A stretch of DNA of 35,905 nt from Thermoguttaceae bacterium. Its GTDB lineage: Bacteria; Planctomycetota; Planctomycetia; Pirellulales; Thermoguttaceae. Shown here piece by piece: positions 32,766-35,905 of this stretch. The notes below the pieces were generated by a model. That model was not told where the DNA came from, searched no databases, and was given only the letters and a program-made list of their open reading frames with translations. Every line of letters begins with the position of its first letter. Positions within the stretch are counted from its first letter, which is position 1. The DNA is taken from positions 1 to 35,905 of the forward strand of contig JAFSFF010000393.1 in assembly GCA_017435375.1 (NCBI GenBank). The letters are read 5' to 3'. Made by a program: the position numbers and the translations under genes.

Positions 32766-33908
32766 ATGACGAACCTCGAGGAACAAAGAAATCGTATCGA
32801 CGCGATCGACGAACAAATTGTAAAACTTTTCCGCGAACGAATGGACGCCGCCGCCGAAGTCGCCCGCTACAAGAAGGAACACGGCGTTAAGGTGTTGTCG
32901 CAAGAGCGGGAACGCGACGTCGTGTATCACGCGGCGGACGCGGTCGGCGAAGAGCTGGAAGAATATGTTAAGTCGTTTTATAACGTTCTTTTGGATTTGA
33001 GCCGCGATTACCAACGGGAAAAAATCGATATTCCGTCGCCGTTTGTCGATTCGGTTCGCAAAGCCCTTGAGGAAACGCCCGGTTTCTTCCCGCATAAAGC
33101 GACCGTCGCTTGCCAAGGCGTCGAAGGCGCGTACTCGCAACAGGCTTGCGATAAGTTGTTCTCGATTCCGAAAATCTTCTATTTCAAGAATTTCGAAGGC
33201 GTCTGCCAAGCGGTCGACTCCGGAATGTGCCGTTACGGGATTCTGCCGATTGAAAATAGCTCCGCCGGTTCCGTCAACGCCGTTTACGACTTGACGCGCA
33301 AATATAACTTCCATATTGTTCGGTGTTTAAAGCTGAAAGTCGAACACAATCTCCTCGCGAAACCGGGCGCTAAATTGAGCGATATTCGCGAAATCGTGTC
33401 GCACGAGCAAGCCCTTCTTCAATGCGGCGAATTCTTGAAAAAACATCCGGAAATCAAAGCGACCGTTTGCGAGAACACCGCCGTCGCGGCGCGTATTGTC
33501 GCCAATTCGGATCGCGCCGATATTGCGGCAATCGCAAGCGCTTCCTGCGCCGAGATTTACGGGCTTGCGTCGTTGAGCGAACGCATCCAAAACAGCGACC
33601 ACAACTACACGCGCTTCATTTGCATTTCGAAGAATCTCGAAATCTATCCGGACGGCGATAAAATCACGTTCACGACGACGCTATCTCACCGCCCGGGCGC
33701 GCTTTACAACTTGATTTCGCGCTTTGCGTCGCTGGGGTTGAACGTCTGCAAAATTGAAAGTCGTCCGATTCTCGGCAAAGACTTCGAGTTCCGTTTCTAC
33801 TTCGACGTCGAGGGGACGCTTCGTTCGGAAGCGACGTTGAAGATGTTGGCGCAACTCGAAAGCGAAGGCGGATTCGAGTTCCTCGGCGCTTATCGCGAAC
33901 AGCTTTAA
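32766..33908 (+). CDS. pheA: Bifunctional chorismate mutase / prephenate dehydratase (P-protein) with a C-terminal ACT domain
   Basis: The AroQ chorismate mutase N-terminus reads LEEQRNRIDAIDEQIVKLFRERM. The prephenate dehydratase region reads VACQGVEGAYSQQA...TRF. An ACT-like tail follows (PGALYNLISRFASLGLNVCKIESRP). Confidence 0.9.
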   Translation: MTNLEEQRNRIDAIDEQIVKLFRERMDAAAEVARYKKEHGVKVLSQERERDVVYHAADAVGEELEEYVKSFYNVLLDLSRDYQREKIDIPSPFVDSVRKALEETPGFFPHKATVACQGVEGAYSQQACDKLFSIPKIFYFKNFEGVCQAVDSGMCRYGILPIENSSAGSVNAVYDLTRKYNFHIVRCLKLKVEHNLLAKPGAKLSDIREIVSHEQALLQCGEFLKKHPEIKATVCENTAVAARIVANSDRADIAAIASASCAEIYGLASLSERIQNSDHNYTRFICISKNLEIYPDGDKITFTTTLSHRPGALYNLISRFASLGLNVCKIESRPILGKDFEFRFYFDVEGTLRSEATLKMLAQLESEGGFEFLGAYREQL

Positions 33909-34013
33909 CGGCTGAAATTACGGCGTTTAGTCGGTTGGACGCCTCGGCGGCGCTCGGCGTTGACTCGACGTCGCCGGAACGAACGCTCGATGTTTTGTCG
34001 CGATGAAACGAAG

Positions 34014-34054
34014 CCCGTTTAAACGTTTGATTGAAAGACGTTTAAGCGGGTTTT
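34014..34054 (+). terminator. Intrinsic terminator after pheA
   Basis: CCCGTTTAAACGT (34014-34026) pairs with ACGTTTAAGCGGG (34038-34050) in 13 bp with one G-U pair, followed by TTTT. Confidence 0.65.
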
Positions 34055-34217
34055 GACGTTCTTGGGCGTCGGCGCGGCGAAACGTTAACGCGATTCGAGA
34101 CTTGGGGCGCGACGGTAGAGGCGGCGGTTTTATTGCGGCGGAGTGGCGCCGATCGGGCCGTCGACGATTTTTTCGCGTTTTTTGCGTAAAATTGCGGCAA
34201 AATCGCTTTCCGCCCCC

Positions 34218-34246
34218 TTGATTTTCACGGCGCGAACGGGTATCCT
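34218..34246 (+). promoter_or_regulatory. Candidate promoter for the GH172/DUF2961 gene
   Basis: CCCCCTTGATT (-35 at 34218-34223), a 17-nt spacer, then TATCCT (34241-34246). It sits about 130 nt upstream of the ATG at 34375. Confidence 0.3.
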
Positions 34247-34374
34247 TAAGAGGACGAACTTTGCCGAAAATCGGATTTTCCCTAAAAGCGAGCGACGCGT
34301 TGAAAAGTCGACGGCGATCTGGGAAAACGAACGGTTTTTTGAAAATTTGAATTCAGTAACGAAAGGACGAGGAT

Positions 34375-35905
34375 ATGACGACGCTTTATTCGCGTTCGAT
34401 TCAAACGGCGGCGCGCGCTTGCGTCTTCGTTTGCGCTCTCTTTATCTTCTTGTTTAACAACGGGTTAATCGTTGGAGCGGAGGACAAGAACGTCGACGCG
34501 AAAACGAACGCCGCCGCCGTTTCGCTTGAGACGCTTCTCGACGAAATGGTCGACCGCGACGCGTTAACCCGTTTTCCGAATTATGTTTGCAAACAGGCGA
34601 GTAGTTACGACCGCGCCGCGAAGAGTCCGGAGGAAAATTGGTTCGCCAACGCCGACACGGCGCAGTTTATCCGCGTCGAAAAGAACGGCGACCGAGAAGA
34701 AGCCGTCTTGATGGAAGCGGAAGGGCCCGGCGCCGTCGTTCGTTGGTGGATCACCGCGCCGCGTTACAAGACGACCGTTCGCGTTTATATCGACGGCGCC
34801 GCGGAACCGGCGGTCGTCGGGAAAATCGACGAAATCGTCGGCGGCGAAACGCTCGTCGGGGCGCCTCTTTCGGCGGAACGAGCCCGCGGACGCAACCTTT
34901 ACCTCCCGATTCCTTACGCGAAGAGCGTCAAAATCACTTGCGACAATATGAAGGAGCAGGGGAACCTTTACTACCAAATCAACTATCGGACGTATCCGAC
35001 CGGAACGACGGTCGAATCGTTCTCGACGCAAGCGCTTGACGCGCAAAAAGATAAGATCGCCGCGACGAGCGATCTGCTCTTGAACCCGGGAAAAACGACC
35101 TTCGGAATGAACGCCGAAACGCGCGGTTTCAAGCGTTATATGAAGTCGGAGGAAATGGAAGGCCTCTTCGGCGCGCACCGCGTTCGCGGGCCGGGCGCCT
35201 TGACCGAAATCGACGTCAAACTGCACGCCGAGGATATTGTTGCCGCGTCGCGAAGCGTTATTTTGGCGATTTCGTTTGACGGCGAGGAAACCGTTTGGGT
35301 TCCGGTCGGCGAATTTTTCGGCTCCGGCGTCGGCGTCAATCCGTATAAGTCTTGGTATACCGAGGTTTGCGAAGACGGAACGATGAAGGCGTTTTGGAAT
35401 ATGCCGTTCAAAAAAGAGGCGCGCGTTTCGTTTGTGAATTGGGGCGACCAAGACGTCGACGTCGAATACGCCGTTTATTATAAGAAACGGCCTTGGACGG
35501 AAGATTCGATGTACTTCCGCGCCGATTGGCGGCAAGAACGCGAAATCGAGACGGTCGCCGGGAACGGAACGCGCGACTGGAATTATTTAACCGTCGACAG
35601 CAAAGGCGTTTATGTTGGCGACGTCTTGTCGATTGTTAACTCGACCTCCGCTTGGTGGGGCGAGGGGGACGAAAAGATTTACGTCGACGGCGAAGAGTTC
35701 CCGTCGCACTTCGGCACCGGGACGGAGGATTATTACGGGTACGCTTGGTGTACGCCGGCGTATTTCGAGGCGCCGTTCCACGCTCAACCGCGCGCCGAAG
35801 GGCCCGCTAACTTCGGGAATACGACCAACTTGCGCTTCCGCTCGCTCGACGCGATTCCGTTTGCGAAAGATTTCCGTTTCGATATGGAAATTTGGCACTG
35901 GGAAG
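34375..35905 (+). CDS. DUF2961 / glycoside hydrolase family 172-like secreted protein. It is partial and runs off the right edge, so it is missing from the ORF track for lack of a stop codon.
   Basis: Frame 1 is open from ATG 34375 to the window end (510 codons). It has a signal or anchor segment (ACVFVCALFIFLF). Family-typical blocks are PGAVVRWWIT, NLYLPIPYAKS, NLYYQINY and WWGEGDEKIYVDGEEFPSHFGTGTEDYYGYAW. The minus ORF 34564-35535 is a shadow. Confidence 0.8.
   Translation, partial: MTTLYSRSIQTAARACVFVCALFIFLFNNGLIVGAEDKNVDAKTNAAAVSLETLLDEMVDRDALTRFPNYVCKQASSYDRAAKSPEENWFANADTAQFIRVEKNGDREEAVLMEAEGPGAVVRWWITAPRYKTTVRVYIDGAAEPAVVGKIDEIVGGETLVGAPLSAERARGRNLYLPIPYAKSVKITCDNMKEQGNLYYQINYRTYPTGTTVESFSTQALDAQKDKIAATSDLLLNPGKTTFGMNAETRGFKRYMKSEEMEGLFGAHRVRGPGALTEIDVKLHAEDIVAASRSVILAISFDGEETVWVPVGEFFGSGVGVNPYKSWYTEVCEDGTMKAFWNMPFKKEARVSFVNWGDQDVDVEYAVYYKKRPWTEDSMYFRADWRQEREIETVAGNGTRDWNYLTVDSKGVYVGDVLSIVNSTSAWWGEGDEKIYVDGEEFPSHFGTGTEDYYGYAWCTPAYFEAPFHAQPRAEGPANFGNTTNLRFRSLDAIPFAKDFRFDMEIWHWE

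Overview
This 35.9-kb window is a densely coded, CpG-rich chromosomal segment. Gene content suggests a PVC-superphylum bacterium, probably Planctomycetota: a Minf_1886-type protein, an alternative GlmU-like nucleotidyltransferase, stand-alone McsB, and many secreted glycan-active-looking proteins. This taxon call is an inference. All protein family calls come from motif recognition by eye, because no searches could be run.

Most of the window is housekeeping: HtrA-like protease, McsB, QueC, YidD, RnpA, a thioredoxin lipoprotein, ApgM, TrpS, MetK, a YacL-like PIN/TRAM protein, Pgm, Fe-ADH plus ALDH, and DAHP synthase plus PheA. Accessory-looking content:
- An A/T-rich type II restriction-modification pair (18083-19926).
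- An orphan EndoU-like nuclease-domain protein (10494-11114).
- A SLOG/LOG-DprA-like protein translationally coupled to pgm (21690-22661).
- A Tat-exported DUF362 protein next to a membrane polyferredoxin (11280-14273).
- Three large secreted glycoside-hydrolase-like proteins (25511-31039 and 34375 to the window end).

The most interesting signal is non-coding. The 580-nt gap upstream of aroF-pheA holds a strong promoter. It is followed by a 37-codon mini-ORF in which 9 of residues 4-21 are Tyr or Phe. After that come mutually exclusive pairing segments and a strong intrinsic terminator. This is a classical ribosome-mediated attenuator architecture that I would not expect to be described for this lineage.

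The left edge also shows an abrupt junction at about nt 105, where a methylmalonyl-CoA mutase fragment and a C-terminally truncated HtrA gene collide. I found no rRNA, tRNA, CRISPR array, transposase or integrase. Many long R-rich ORFs in the six-frame track are antisense shadows of real genes.
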